Shown here: positions 34,946 through 45,901 of the stretch, piece after piece | How the letters are laid out: each line of letters opens with the position of its first letter | How positions within the stretch are numbered: the first letter of the stretch is position 1 | NCBI GenBank assembly: GCA_963776345.1 | Contig: CAVZMH010000018.1 | Location: 32,001 to 96,000, forward strand | DNA from: an uncultured delta proteobacterium | GTDB taxonomy: Bacteria > Myxococcota > Myxococcia > Myxococcales > Myxococcaceae | Reading direction: 5' to 3' | DNA: 64,000 bases | Notes under the pieces: generated by a model | What the model was told of the DNA's origin: nothing | Seen by the model: the letters and a program-made list of their open reading frames with translations, nothing else | Database searches by the model: none | Translations under genes and position numbers: made by a program

Positions 34946-35809
34946 TCAGAGGCCGTCGTAGTGGATGGACCCGGCGTCGGTGACGTCGTAGCCCGGGACG
35001 CGCGCCGCTTCGGTGCGGAACCGGCTGCTCTGCGCGGCCTCGCAGAGGGCGACCAGCGCCGGATGGCCCAGCTTCGCTGCACGGACCACCAGCCCGTAGG
35101 CCTCCTCGGCCAGCGGCCGGAACCGGAGCCCGAGCCACTCCGCCCAGGCGCGCGAGGCCACGCCGACCTGGGCACGCCCCTGGAGCACCTGCGCGCAGAC
35201 CTCCAGATGCGACGCACAGAGCACGGCGGTGCGGTGGACCGCTGCGGGATCCATCCCGGCCCGGGTCAGCGCGGCGTCGAGGTGCACTCGCACCCCCGCC
35301 GTCGGCGGCCGCGAGGCGAGGATGGACGCCCCCAGCGCCTCGAGCGCGGGTGGAGGGTTCCGGGCGACGAGGCCGATCTCCCGCCGCACGAGGTGGATGC
35401 GCGCCACCCGTTCGGCTCCCACGTGGGTGGGGAAGCCGCCGGCGTGGTTCCCGGTGGCCAGCACCGCGGAGCGGGCCAGGAGCGCCAGACCCTCGGCCTG
35501 GTCGGCCTGGACCAGCCCCACCGGCGCGCCGCGCTCGAGCGCCACCCGGAGCAGCAGCAGCACCACCCGGTCGCCGTTGGCGGCCACCAGCGGCGGGGCG
35601 TCCGGAGCGGCCGCCTCGGCCTCCGCCACACCGCCCTGGCCGCCGCGGGTCCAGCGGGCCACCTCGGACGGGTCGAACCGCCACTCCCCGCCGATGCGCC
35701 GCGCCGGCAGCCCGCGCCGGAGCAGCCGGTAGACGTGCTTCGGGTGGACGGAAAGGAGTTCGGCCACCTCGGAGGTGGTCAGCAGGGAAGGCGCGGCGGG
35801 CCTGCGCAT
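34946..35809 (-). CDS. Excisionase-like HTH plus PBP-like (molybdate-binding-type) transcriptional regulator
   Basis: HTH LLTTSEVAELLSVHPKHVYRL..LPARRIGGEWRF; PBP-like REIGL, RPPTAGVR, HLEV, LRFRPLAEE and PGYD motifs. Confidence 0.85.
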   Translation of the reverse strand: MRRPAAPSLLTTSEVAELLSVHPKHVYRLLRRGLPARRIGGEWRFDPSEVARWTRGGQGGVAEAEAAAPDAPPLVAANGDRVVLLLLRVALERGAPVGLVQADQAEGLALLARSAVLATGNHAGGFPTHVGAERVARIHLVRREIGLVARNPPPALEALGASILASRPPTAGVRVHLDAALTRAGMDPAAVHRTAVLCASHLEVCAQVLQGRAQVGVASRAWAEWLGLRFRPLAEEAYGLVVRAAKLGHPALVALCEAAQSSRFRTEAARVPGYDVTDAGSIHYDGL

Positions 35810-35856
35810 CGCGGCCGGGAGCATACCCGGGGTGCGGCTCACCTGATTGGGCTCAA

Positions 35857-35906
35857 GAGGGCACGACAGGTTACTAAAAGCCACCACAAGCCACCAAGAG
35901 ACACGA
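35857..35906. promoter_or_regulatory. Five phased 10-bp direct repeats (candidate operator)
   Basis: GAGGGCACGA / CAGGTTACTA / AAAGCCACCA / CAAGCCACCA / AGAGACACGA. Confidence 0.55.
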
Positions 35907-35958
35907 TAGGGTCTCTCGCCTGTCCCCTCGGCAGGGGGGCGCACGGGAGGGGACACAC

Positions 35959-36831
35959 ATGGTCAGTCGTGGCGCTCGCGCACGGTGGCTCTGGTTCTTT
36001 CTTGGAGGCCTTCTGGTGGGCACTCAGGCCCGGGCGGAAGACGACCTCGGGCTCGGGAACTTCTTCACCAAGGGCTGGAACGAGGAATGGCACATCCGGA
36101 CCCGCCGGACGCCGGACATGGCGATCCTCCGGGCCACCACCAACTTCCTCGAGCGGGAGCTGCGGCTGGACTACGTGCTCACCGACCTGCGCACCGGGAA
36201 GTTCGAGGCGCAGCACCTCGCCCAAGGGCTCATTGCATACGGAACGAGCCGCCGGCTGATGCTCGAGGTCATCACCAACTACCAGTGGAACACTCCCGCG
36301 CAGGGCTCGCCTCAGCACGGCGGCGGCGGTGGCGGCCTGGTCCGGATACAGCTCGTGGAGAACGACACCCAGTCCTACGCCTTCCAGGCGAAGCTGGCGG
36401 TGCCCAACCGGGGCCTCGGCCAGACGCAGACCTCGATGGCCTACACGCTCACCGGCTGGCAGGACCTCCAGGCGGTCGTCCCCTTCCTGGACCGGGTCGG
36501 GCTCTACTTCTCGTTCACCTACGAGAACCTGCTCGGGTCGCACGCCAGCGGCGCGCGCGAGAACGACATCTCCTACGACGTCTCGCTGGCCAAGACCTGG
36601 ACCCGGGCCACCCAGCCGGTGTTCGGGAAGCTCACCACCTTCCTCGAGCTCTACGCGACCACCGACCTCGACGGCGCCCACTCCGGCTGGACGGTGGCCA
36701 CCCTCACTCCCGGGATTCGCTTCTGGTTCATCCCGGAGAACTCGCTGATCGCGGGGGTGGACTTCCCCATCAGCGCGAACCCGACCTTCGCCGCCATCTA
36801 CCGGGTCACCTACATCCTGAACTTCGAGTAG
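35959..36831 (+). CDS. Putative outer-membrane beta-barrel protein
   Basis: Signal peptide (..QARA), amphipathic strands, C-terminal YILNFE. Confidence 0.65.
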   Translation: MVSRGARARWLWFFLGGLLVGTQARAEDDLGLGNFFTKGWNEEWHIRTRRTPDMAILRATTNFLERELRLDYVLTDLRTGKFEAQHLAQGLIAYGTSRRLMLEVITNYQWNTPAQGSPQHGGGGGGLVRIQLVENDTQSYAFQAKLAVPNRGLGQTQTSMAYTLTGWQDLQAVVPFLDRVGLYFSFTYENLLGSHASGARENDISYDVSLAKTWTRATQPVFGKLTTFLELYATTDLDGAHSGWTVATLTPGIRFWFIPENSLIAGVDFPISANPTFAAIYRVTYILNFE

Positions 36832-36832
36832 G

Positions 36833-39800
36833 TCAGGCCGGCGCGGCGCTCCCGTGGTCGACCGCGCCGTGGGTCGCAGGGATGGTCGCCTCCGCCGCAG
36901 GCCGCTTGGCGAGCACCATGAACATCGACGGGACGAGGAACAGCGACAGCACCGTCGACGACATGAGCCCGCCCACCACCGCCAGCGCCAGCGGCCGGTT
37001 GGCCTCGGTGCCGGCCTCGAGCCCGAGCGCGGTGGGGAGCAGCCCGATGATGGTCGCGAGGCTGGTCATGGCGATGGGGACGAACCGGATGCGCGCCGCC
37101 TGGATCATCGCCTCGGCCTTCTCGGTCCCGGAGAGGAAGCGGTGGTTGGCCTCGTCCACCAGGAGGATTCCGTTGGACACCGCGATGCCCACCACCATCA
37201 GCAGGCCCATCAGCGCGGTCACCGAGAAGCCCTGGCCGGCGGAGAGCAGCGCGAGCACGATGCCGATCAGGGTGCAGGGGATGGTGAAGAGCATGATCAG
37301 CGGCAGCCGCAGCGACTTGAACTGCGAGGCCATGATCATGAACACCACCATGACTGCCAGCGCCACGGCGACGCCCAGGCCGCCGAACGTCTTGCGCATC
37401 AGCTGCACCTGACCGACGAAGTTGAAGTCCAGCCCGCGGGTCCTCGGGTCGGTGTGCAGCCGCTGCTCCAGCTCCTCGGCGGCGCTGCCGATGTCCCGCC
37501 CCTCGGTCTGCATCAGGATGTGGGCCGCCCGCTGGAGCTGGTTGCGCTCGACGAGGATGGGACCCACCGAGCGGCGGATGTTTCCGTACTGGCCCAGGGT
37601 CACCGCCGCGCCGCGATCGTTCACCCGCAGCGGCACCCGCGCCAGGGCCGCGGCGTCGGGGATCGAGCTCGGGTCGTACGAGGTGACCACGTAGTAGGTC
37701 TGCCCGTTGGTGCTGTCCACCCAGACGCTCGGGGTGTTGATGTTGCCGAGCGTGGCCTCCAGGGTCGCCTGGGCGGCGGTCCGCGCGCTCACCCCCACCA
37801 GGCCGGCCTGCTGGCGATCGGTGTCCACGCGCACCTCCGGGTAGTCCACCTGGAGGGTCGGGTAGACGTCGCGGATGCCCTGGACGGTGCGGGCCACCTC
37901 GGCCACCGCGAGCGCCTGCTCGTTCAGCCGCTCGAGGTTCTCGCCGCGCAGCTCGATGACCAGCGGAGCGTTGTAGCCGTTGGCGAAGACGGCGGCGACG
38001 AGCCCGCCCGGCTTCTGGAGAAACTCGATGCCCGGGTAGTCGTGCGCCAGGATGGCCCGCGCCCGGTCCGCCACCTCGCGCTGGCTGAGCTTGCGCTTCT
38101 CCGGGTCCGACAGCTGCAATTTCAGAAATCCGGTGTGGGGCCCGGAGTTCGGGCTGGTCATGGCGCTGCGGACGTTGGTGGGCGAGCCGATGTTGGTGAG
38201 CGCCAGCTCCACGGTGCCCGGAGGGAGCTTCTTGACCAGATCTCCCGCCATCTCCTGGATCTGCCGCGAGGACTCGGTGAGCGGGATGCCGGCCGGGAAG
38301 CGCACGTAGACGCGGGCGATGGACTCGTCGATCTCCGGGAAGAAGGTGCTCGGGAGGCGGCTGGCGGCGAACACTGCCGCCGCGACCAGCGTCACCGCCG
38401 CGGCGATGAGCCAGCCGCGGAAGGGGAGCACGCGGCGGAGGAGCGCGGCGTAGGACTCGGCCACCCGGATGATGCCGTGCTCCACCCGCTTGGCGAGCTT
38501 CCCCGGCTCCTTGTTGGTGAGGAAGTAGCGGCAGGCCACCGGGGTGACGCACATGCTGACGATGTACCCGGCGAACATGGCGCAGGCCACGGTGAGGGCC
38601 AGCGGCGCGAAGAGCTTCTTGGCCAGTCCGAACAGCAGCAAGCACTGGCAGGAGCACCGCCACCGTGGTCAGGGTCGCGGCGAGCGCCGGCACCGCCACC
38701 GCCTCGGTGCCCTCGCGGGCGGCGATGGCCGGGTCCCCGGAGGCGTGAAGCCGCCGGTGCACCGATTCGAGCACCACCACCGAGATGTCCACCAGCGGGC
38801 CCATGGAGAGCGTGAGCCCGCCGAGGGTGAAGGCGTTGAGGGTGTTCCCGGTCGCGTAGAGGACGATGAGGATCGCGGCGAAGGAGATGGGGATGGCGAT
38901 CGCCGCGATCAGCACCGCCCGCACGTTCTGCAGGAAGAGCAGGATGACCAGCGAGATGAGCACCAGCGCCTGCAGGATCTCCTGCTTCAGGCCGGCGTAG
39001 CTGGTCCGGACGAAGGTGCTCTGGTCGAACACCGCCTCCACGTGCAGACCGGGCGGCAGGTCCTTGAGCTCGCGGACCGCCTTCTTCACCGCGTCCACGA
39101 TCTGCAGGGTGTTGCCGCCGGGGACGCGCAGCACGTTCAGGTACACCGTGTCCTGGCCGGCCACCGAGACCGACTGGGTCGCCGGCGAGCCCGAGTCCTC
39201 GACCCGCGCGATGTCGCGGATGAGCACCGGACGGCCCTGGCTCTCCTTGACGAAGGCGTCGCCGATGTCCCCGACCTTCGCCGCCACCGCGTTGGTGTAG
39301 ACGTTGGCGTCGAAGGTGTCGGAGATGAACTCGCCGGAGGGGAGCAGGGCGTTGGCGTGGGACACTGCCGTGGCCACGTCCTCCGAGGTGACTCCGCGGG
39401 CCTGGGCCTTGGGCAGATCCACCACCACGTTGATCTGCCGCTGCGTGCCGCCGTTGAGCGCGGCGCTGGCCACGCCCGGGATGCCCTCCAGCACCGGCTC
39501 GATGTTGTTCAGGGCGTAGTCGTACAGCTGCGGCCCGGTGAGCCCCCCGCCGTAGACCGCCACCTGCACCACCGCGGCGTTGGAGGGGTCGTACTGGAGC
39601 ACGAACGGCGGGAGCACGCCCAGCGACTTCGGGACCGCCGACATGGCGAACGCCGTCTGCTGCTGCACCAGCGTCTGGGCCGCGCTCAGGTCCGTGCCCC
39701 ACTGCAGCCAGACGTAGACGATGCTGAGGTTGTTGCGGGAGAGGCTCTCCACGTGCTCCACGCCCGGCGTGGCGCTCACGTACTTCTCGATGCGCCAGGT

Positions 39801-39983
39801 GATGGTCTTCTCCACGTCCTTGGGCCCCAGGCCCGGGGCCAGGGTGCCGACCACCAGCACCGGCGGGGTCAGCTCGGGGAAGGTGTCGATGCTCATCCGC
39901 GGCACCACCACGGCGGCGAAGACCACCACCCCGATGCACACCATCAGGATGGCGATGGGGTTCCGGAGCGAGACCCGGGTCAC
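36833..39983 (-). CDS. RND efflux permease (AcrB/CusA superfamily); frameshift at ~38645
   Basis: IDTFP, FDQS, LNAFTLGG, FFPEID, GIAVSNGILLVD, RFVPIAMT and PLALAVVGG motifs. Confidence 0.92.
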
Positions 39984-41206
39984 TGGCGGCCCTCCGCGGT
40001 CGAGGCCTGGACGCTGCTCGGCGCCAGGTCGGACGCGGCGTCCGCCCGGGCCGAGCGCTCCACCGCGGTGACCTTGTCGCCGTCAGCGAGCAGGGTGCGC
40101 CCCTGGGTCACCACCAGGGTGCCGGCCGCGAGCTTGGGGTCGAGGAACAGTGTCCCTCCCTGCTCGCCGAGGACCGGGAGCGTCTCGCGCTTCACCTTGT
40201 CTCCCTGGACCACGAAGATGTCCGCCTTCTTGCCGCGCACGGTGGCCGCGGTCAGCGGGATGCGGGTCGCCGGCATCGGCTTGCCGACGTCGATGCCCAG
40301 GAGCGCGGTGGTGTTCACCGGGAAGCGGTGGTCGGCGTTGGCCAGGTCGATCTCCACGTGCACCGTCCGGGTCCCCAAATCGGCCGCGGGCGCCCGCCGG
40401 GAGATGACCCCTTGCGTCTTCTGGCCGGTGGAGACGACCTCGATCTGCACCACGGTCTCGGGGGCCACCGCGCCGAAGTCCTCCTCCGGCACGTCGGTGG
40501 TCACCCGCACCACGTTGCGGTCCACGATGGTCACGATGGCGCTCCCCGGACGGGCGAAGGAGCCGGGGTCGGCCGTGCGCTCGGAGATCTCCCCGTCGAA
40601 CGGGGCTCGCAGCACGCAGTCGTCGACTTGAAGTGCGCTGCCCATCATCTGCGCCTGGAGCGCCAGCAGCTGCGCCTCCTTGCTCGCGCTCTCCGCCTGC
40701 CGCTGATCCACCTCGTTGGGCGAGACGAAGCCGCCGTCCAGCATCTTCGAGACCCGGCCGGCCTGCTTGGCCAGGGCAGTCTCCATCGCCTCCACCGCGC
40801 GGGCCTGCATGGCCACCGACTTCTGCGAGGCGCTGGTGTTGCGGCAGTCGAGCGTGGCCAGCACCTGGTTGCGCTTCACCACCGCGCCGGGCCGCACCAG
40901 CACCGTGTCCACGTAGGCCGAGACCAGCTGCGGGCCGACCTGGGCCTGGATCCACGGGGCCATGGTGCCCACGTACCGCCGCGAGGGCTGGTACTGGGTG
41001 GACACCGCCCGCTCGACCGTGACGCCCTTGGGAGCGTCGGCGAGCGCCACGTGGTTGTTGTGCGCCACCGCACGCCAGTAGAGCAGCCCTCCGAAGAGCA
41101 GCACGCCCACCACCACCGCGGCGATGGTCAGAGGAATCCGCCGGCCCTTGCCGCCGCCGGCGCCACCACCACCGCCACTCGTTCCCGTCTCCATCGTCGT
41201 GCTCAC
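39980..41206 (-). CDS. RND membrane fusion protein
   Basis: N-terminal TM segment, lipoyl-like VLVRPG..V, LRAPFDG and DVPE motifs. Confidence 0.9.
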   Translation of the reverse strand: MSTTMETGTSGGGGGAGGGKGRRIPLTIAAVVVGVLLFGGLLYWRAVAHNNHVALADAPKGVTVERAVSTQYQPSRRYVGTMAPWIQAQVGPQLVSAYVDTVLVRPGAVVKRNQVLATLDCRNTSASQKSVAMQARAVEAMETALAKQAGRVSKMLDGGFVSPNEVDQRQAESASKEAQLLALQAQMMGSALQVDDCVLRAPFDGEISERTADPGSFARPGSAIVTIVDRNVVRVTTDVPEEDFGAVAPETVVQIEVVSTGQKTQGVISRRAPAADLGTRTVHVEIDLANADHRFPVNTTALLGIDVGKPMPATRIPLTAATVRGKKADIFVVQGDKVKRETLPVLGEQGGTLFLDPKLAAGTLVVTQGRTLLADGDKVTAVERSARADAASDLAPSSVQASTAEGRQ

Positions 41207-42651
41207 AGTCCCTCCGCGATGACCCGGCCGAGGTACGCGCGGGCGCGCGCCACCTCGAACCGGCCCACGGCCAGCTGAATCTCTGCATCGGTGCGAAGCG
41301 CCTCGGCGTCGGCCAGCTCCACGCTGGTGCCGAGCCCCTCCCGGAAGCGCGCGTCCGCCTGGGCGCCGTTGGCCACCGCCGCCTTGAGCGCCTCCGCCAG
41401 GCCGGGCAGTGCCGCCTGCGCCACCTCCAGCGAGGCGTAGGCCTGCTCGATGGCGGTGGTGGTCTGCTGTCCGGCCTCGACCAGCTCGGCCTGTCGCGCC
41501 CGCTCCTGGCTCTCGGACGCCGATTTCTGGGCGAAGACGCCGAAGTCGAGGATCGGCCAGCTCAGGACGATGGCCGCATCCCAGTTGGGCACGTTGGGGA
41601 CGTAGCCGCTGCCCGAGGGCACCGCGCCGGTGGGCGTGGGTGCCCCCCCGGCGCGCCCGCTCAGGGTGCCGGTGATGAAGAGCTCGGGGAGCAGCGCGCT
41701 GGTGAAGACCCGGGTCGTGGCCTCCTGGGCGGTCAGCCGAGCCTGGGCCGCGCGCACGCTCGGGGCCTTGGTCGCCAGGTCGTGCAGCACCTGGTCCATC
41801 GCCGGCACCGGGGCCACCGTCGTCTCCACGTCCGGGACGTCGGCGGCGTCGAGGCGCGACTCGTCCACCCCCACCGTGGCGGCGAAGACCGCCTGGGCCT
41901 CGATCAGGCCGCCCCGGGCCCGCGTGCGCAGCACGTCCGTCCGGGCGAGGTCGGCGGCGGCGCGCGTCAGCTCGATGGGCGATCGCATCCCCTGGGCCAC
42001 CCCGACCTGGGCGAAGTCGCGGTGGGCCAGCGAGCGGGTGTACGCGGCCTCGGAGGCCCGGAGCACCGCCTTGGCGGCGAGCACCGCGAAGTAGGACTGC
42101 TCCACCTGGAAGCGCACCGCCAGCGTGGCCAGGCTCGATCGTTCCTTCTCCGCCGCGGCCTCGGAGTCGGCCAGCGCCGAGAGCGCCGAGATGCGCCCGA
42201 AGTCGAAGAGCTCCTGCCGGAGCCCCACCGCCGCGAGGCTCGACCCGTTCGGGTCCCAGGTCCCGGTGGTCCCGGCCGTGGTGCCGCCGATGCGAGGCAG
42301 GTCGAGCGTGCCCACCGAGACGTAGCCGGCGGTGGTGTTGTTGCTCGTCCCGATCATCTCCTGGGCGGTCACCCCGAGCCGCGGGAGCCAGAGCGCGCGC
42401 GGCACGCGGGTGGTCGACATCGCCGCCTCCAGCCGTGCGCGGGCGGCGAGCAGGGTGGGCTGGTGCGCGGTGGCGTAGGTCTGCGCTTGCTCCAGCGTGA
42501 AGACCTGGGATGTCCCGGGCAAGACGGCGCTCATGGGCTCGGCGGTCGCGCCAGTGGGAGCCAGGGGAGGGGGCCGCTGCTGCCCCAGCGCGGGAAGCGC
42601 CAGGACGAGCGCGAGCCAGCAGCCGGGCCAGCGTGGGCGGAGGTCGGGCAT
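41203..42651 (-). CDS. TolC-family outer-membrane efflux protein
   Basis: TLEQA..HQP, ELFDFGR, YFAVLAA and RFREGLGT..EL motifs. Confidence 0.9.
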   Translation of the reverse strand: MPDLRPRWPGCWLALVLALPALGQQRPPPLAPTGATAEPMSAVLPGTSQVFTLEQAQTYATAHQPTLLAARARLEAAMSTTRVPRALWLPRLGVTAQEMIGTSNNTTAGYVSVGTLDLPRIGGTTAGTTGTWDPNGSSLAAVGLRQELFDFGRISALSALADSEAAAEKERSSLATLAVRFQVEQSYFAVLAAKAVLRASEAAYTRSLAHRDFAQVGVAQGMRSPIELTRAAADLARTDVLRTRARGGLIEAQAVFAATVGVDESRLDAADVPDVETTVAPVPAMDQVLHDLATKAPSVRAAQARLTAQEATTRVFTSALLPELFITGTLSGRAGGAPTPTGAVPSGSGYVPNVPNWDAAIVLSWPILDFGVFAQKSASESQERARQAELVEAGQQTTTAIEQAYASLEVAQAALPGLAEALKAAVANGAQADARFREGLGTSVELADAEALRTDAEIQLAVGRFEVARARAYLGRVIAEGL

Positions 42652-42667
42652 GTGGGCGGGCTCCTTC

Positions 42668-42782
42668 AGCAGGGACCGTACCAGCGGGGTGCTCGCCCGA
42701 GGACGCGAGGGGCACCGTCCCTCCACCCGGGAATCGTTCCGGGGCGCCCCGGAATCCTTCCGTCCCCGCGGGAAGGCGGCCC
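42668..42782 (-). promoter_or_regulatory. Sigma-54 promoter with GGAA-N3-TTCC enhancer pair for the efflux operon
   Basis: TGGTACGGTCCCTGCT on the minus strand at 42668-42683; GGAATCGTTCC at 42730 and GGAATCCTTCC at 42751. Confidence 0.55.
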
Positions 42783-42887
42783 GAGGGGCGGCCTGCACAC
42801 CGGGTCGGTGGTCCGGGGCTTGCTGCTCGGGCTCCCATCGTGGAGTCCAGTCTGGTCAACCCGCGCGCCAGTCGCGAAGATGGTCAG

Positions 42888-44399
42888 GTGATCCGGCAGC
42901 CTCGCCTGGCCCTCCTGATGGCCCTGGCGCTCGCGGCGGTGACGGCCCTTGCCTTCTGGGACGAGGAGCGCGAGTCCGCCGCGGCGTTGAACGACTTCGC
43001 CCAGGAGCAGGGCCGGGCCAGCAAGATGATCGCCGCCGAGCTCGCCGGCCGCCTGGAGTACGCGGTCCGCGACGCGCGCATGCTCGCCGCCGAGCTGGCG
43101 CAGCCCGGCGAGCCGCCGACCCTCCCCACCACGTACCGCGGCTACCGGGTCGAGGGCGGGCCCTCCACCGGAGAGCCGCCCCACGGCACGCTGGCCATCG
43201 ACGTGACGCTGGCCGACGGCCGGCACGTCGAGCTGTTCGCCGAGACGGGGGTGATCTTCGCCGGTCTGCGGCGGCTCGAGCGGCCGGGGTCGCTGGAGAT
43301 CCTCGTCGCCCGTCCCGGGGACCCGCGGCTGTGGACCACCGACGGGAGCGCCCGCCCGGTGCCCTTCCTGGCGGCGGCCCTGGAGGGCGGACTGGGCAGT
43401 CTCCGCCTCAAGCCCGGCGAGGCCGCGAGCCTGGGGCTTCCCGCCCGCACCGCCTTCGCCGGCCTCAGCACCCACAGCGTCGATGGCGCCGGGACCTGGG
43501 GCGCGGTGGTGGTGGCCACCGCCGAGCGCGAACGCGACCGCGAGCGCCGGGCCCGCTGGCGGCTGGTGCTGGCGGTGGGCATCGGCTGCGGCCTGGTGCT
43601 GGCGTTCGGGGGGGTGGCGCTCCGGAACCAGCGCCGCGAGCTGGAGCTCGCCCGGGAGCTGGAGGTGGCCAGGCTGGTCCGCGAGCGGGACGAGCGGCTC
43701 GAGCGCGAGGGGCAGGCGGCGACCGTCCTCACCCTGGCCGGCGGCGTGGCGCACGAGATCTCCACCCCGCTGGCGGTCATCGTCGGCCGCTCCGAGCAGC
43801 TGCTCGAGCGGTTCGAGGGCGACGAGCGCGTCCGCCGCCCGCTCCAGGTCATCCTCGACCAGTGCCAGCGGATCAACGCGGTGGTGCGCGGTTTCCTCGC
43901 GCTGGCCCGGGGCGGCACGCCGGAGCTGAGCGACACCGACCCCGCGGACGTCGTGGCGGGCGCGGTGACCCTGGTCGAGCACCGGTTCCGCCGCTCCGGC
44001 GTGGCGCTGGCGTCGGAGATCTCGCCCGGCCTGCCCCACCTCCGCGCCAACCACCGGCTCCTGGAGCACGCCCTGGTGAACCTGCTCCTCAATGCCTGTG
44101 ACGCCTGCGCCCCGGGCGGCCGGGTGGTGGTGAGCGCCCAGCAGCGAGGCGAGGAGGTGACCCTCGACGTGCGCGACGACGGGGCGGGCATCCCGCCGGA
44201 GGCGGTCACCCGTGCCACCGAGCCCTTCTTCACCACCAAGAAGCCGGGGCAGGGGACGGGGCTGGGCCTGGCCATCGTCAGCGAGATCGTGAAGACCCAC
44301 CGGGGCTCGCTGGTCATCGGCTCGGCGCCGGGCCGGGGCACCCAGGCCACCATCACCCTGCCGGCAGGCCCGGAGGTGCTCCGTGCCGCGCACGCCTAG
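42888..44399 (+). CDS. Membrane sensor histidine kinase
   Basis: Two TM segments; HEISTPL, NLLLNA, DDGAGI and FFTTK..GTGLGL motifs. Confidence 0.9.
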   Translation: MIRQPRLALLMALALAAVTALAFWDEERESAAALNDFAQEQGRASKMIAAELAGRLEYAVRDARMLAAELAQPGEPPTLPTTYRGYRVEGGPSTGEPPHGTLAIDVTLADGRHVELFAETGVIFAGLRRLERPGSLEILVARPGDPRLWTTDGSARPVPFLAAALEGGLGSLRLKPGEAASLGLPARTAFAGLSTHSVDGAGTWGAVVVATAERERDRERRARWRLVLAVGIGCGLVLAFGGVALRNQRRELELARELEVARLVRERDERLEREGQAATVLTLAGGVAHEISTPLAVIVGRSEQLLERFEGDERVRRPLQVILDQCQRINAVVRGFLALARGGTPELSDTDPADVVAGAVTLVEHRFRRSGVALASEISPGLPHLRANHRLLEHALVNLLLNACDACAPGGRVVVSAQQRGEEVTLDVRDDGAGIPPEAVTRATEPFFTTKKPGQGTGLGLAIVSEIVKTHRGSLVIGSAPGRGTQATITLPAGPEVLRAAHA

Positions 44400-45741
44400 A
44401 CCGGCCAGGGTCCTGGTGGTGGACGACAGCGCCGAGCTGGCCTCCACCGTCGCCGACGGGCTGGAGGACCGGGGCTACCGCGCCCGGGCCTGCGGCTCGA
44501 GCGTGGAGGCGCTCCAGCTGCTCGAGGCCGAGGACTTCGACGCGCTGGTGACCGACCTCCGCATGCCCGAGGTGGACGGGCTGGGGCTCCTGGCCCACTC
44601 GCGCCGGCTCCTGCCCGAGCGGCCGGTGCTGGTGATGACCGCCTTCGCGGCCATCGACACCGCCATCGAGTCCATCCGGCGGGGCGCCTACCACTACCTC
44701 ACCAAGCCGTTCACCGTGGAGGAGCTGGCGCTCTTCCTCGGGCGCGCCCTGGACGAGGCGGCGGTGCGGCGCGAGGCGCGGGCTCTGAAGTCGGTGCTCG
44801 GAGAGCGCTTCGCCCCGGGCCAGTTCGTGGCCGAGAGCCCGGGGATGCGCAGGGTGCTCGAGGTGATGGAGCGGGTCGCCGACGCCGACGCTCCGCTCCT
44901 CATCCTCGGCGAGACCGGGACCGGCAAGAGCCTGGTGGCGCGCTCGCTCCATGCCGCGAGCCGTCGGGCCGCTGCGCCGTTCGTCACCCTCAACTGCGCC
45001 GCGGTGCCCGAGGCGCTTCTCGAGTCCGAGCTCTTCGGCCACGTGCGAGGCGCCTTCACCGGCGCCCTCGTGGACCAGCGCGGGCTCTTCACCGAGGCCG
45101 ACGGGGGGACGCTCTTCCTCGACGAGATCGGCGAGATGTCGCCCGCGCTGCAGGCCAAGCTGCTCCACGTGCTCGAGACCGGCCAGGTCCGCCCGGTGGG
45201 CGCGGCGCGCGAACGGGTGGTGGACGTCCGGGTCCTCGCCGCGACGCACCGCGACCTGCGCGAGCAGATCGCCAAGGGCGCGTTCCGGCAAGATCTCTTC
45301 TACCGGCTCGAGGTGGTCACCATCGAGCTGCCGCCGCTCCGGGCCCGGCGGGACGACCTCCCCGGGCTCATCGAGCACTTCTTCCGCGCCGCGCTGGCCA
45401 AGCACCCCACCTCCCCGGTGCGCTCGCTCTCGCCGGACGTGGTGCGGCAGCTGCTCGAGCACCGCTGGCCGGGCAACGTCCGGGAGCTGGCGCACGTCCT
45501 GGAGCGGGTGGTGCTACTCGGACGCGGCCCCGAGGCCGTCCCGGCCGACCTGCCCCCGCTGGTGGACGACCGCGAGCCGCCGCCCAACCGGTTCGGGCTC
45601 CCGGTGCGCTCCATCCGGCAGCTCCAGCGCGAGTACGCGTCCTGGGCCCTCGAGCAGCTCGGAGGCCACCGCGGACGGACCGCCGAGCAGCTCGGGGTGG
45701 ACGGGAAGACGCTGGCCAAGTGGCTCTCCGAGCCGGGCTGA
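44383..45741 (+). CDS. Sigma-54-dependent response regulator
   Basis: Receiver, GETGTGKS, GAFTGA, WPGNVREL and HTH. Confidence 0.93.
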   Translation: MPRTPRPARVLVVDDSAELASTVADGLEDRGYRARACGSSVEALQLLEAEDFDALVTDLRMPEVDGLGLLAHSRRLLPERPVLVMTAFAAIDTAIESIRRGAYHYLTKPFTVEELALFLGRALDEAAVRREARALKSVLGERFAPGQFVAESPGMRRVLEVMERVADADAPLLILGETGTGKSLVARSLHAASRRAAAPFVTLNCAAVPEALLESELFGHVRGAFTGALVDQRGLFTEADGGTLFLDEIGEMSPALQAKLLHVLETGQVRPVGAARERVVDVRVLAATHRDLREQIAKGAFRQDLFYRLEVVTIELPPLRARRDDLPGLIEHFFRAALAKHPTSPVRSLSPDVVRQLLEHRWPGNVRELAHVLERVVLLGRGPEAVPADLPPLVDDREPPPNRFGLPVRSIRQLQREYASWALEQLGGHRGRTAEQLGVDGKTLAKWLSEPG

Positions 45742-45836
45742 GCGGCCGCCTTCCGGCGACGACACCGAAACGTTTCCCAGGGCCGCCCGCCTTCCCTGAA
45801 GTGTCACAGAACGGTCGCAGGGGTCGTCCGCACGGC

Positions 45837-45852
45837 TGGTACATCGGCCGCG
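45837..45852 (+). promoter_or_regulatory. Putative sigma-54 promoter of the porin gene
   Basis: TGGTACATCGGCCGCG (GG-N10-GC); GAAACGTTTCC upstream at 45767. Confidence 0.45.
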
Positions 45853-45901
45853 CCTCGGACACGCACACCCCGAAGGCCTCCCAGAGGAGGGGTCACTCAC
45901 A

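Noticed and set aside
34798..35809. Prophage or island integrated at tRNA-Lys (excisionase-like gene adjacent)
   Set aside because: No integrase and no duplicated tRNA 3' end seen; the HTH is fused to a PBP-like sensor domain.
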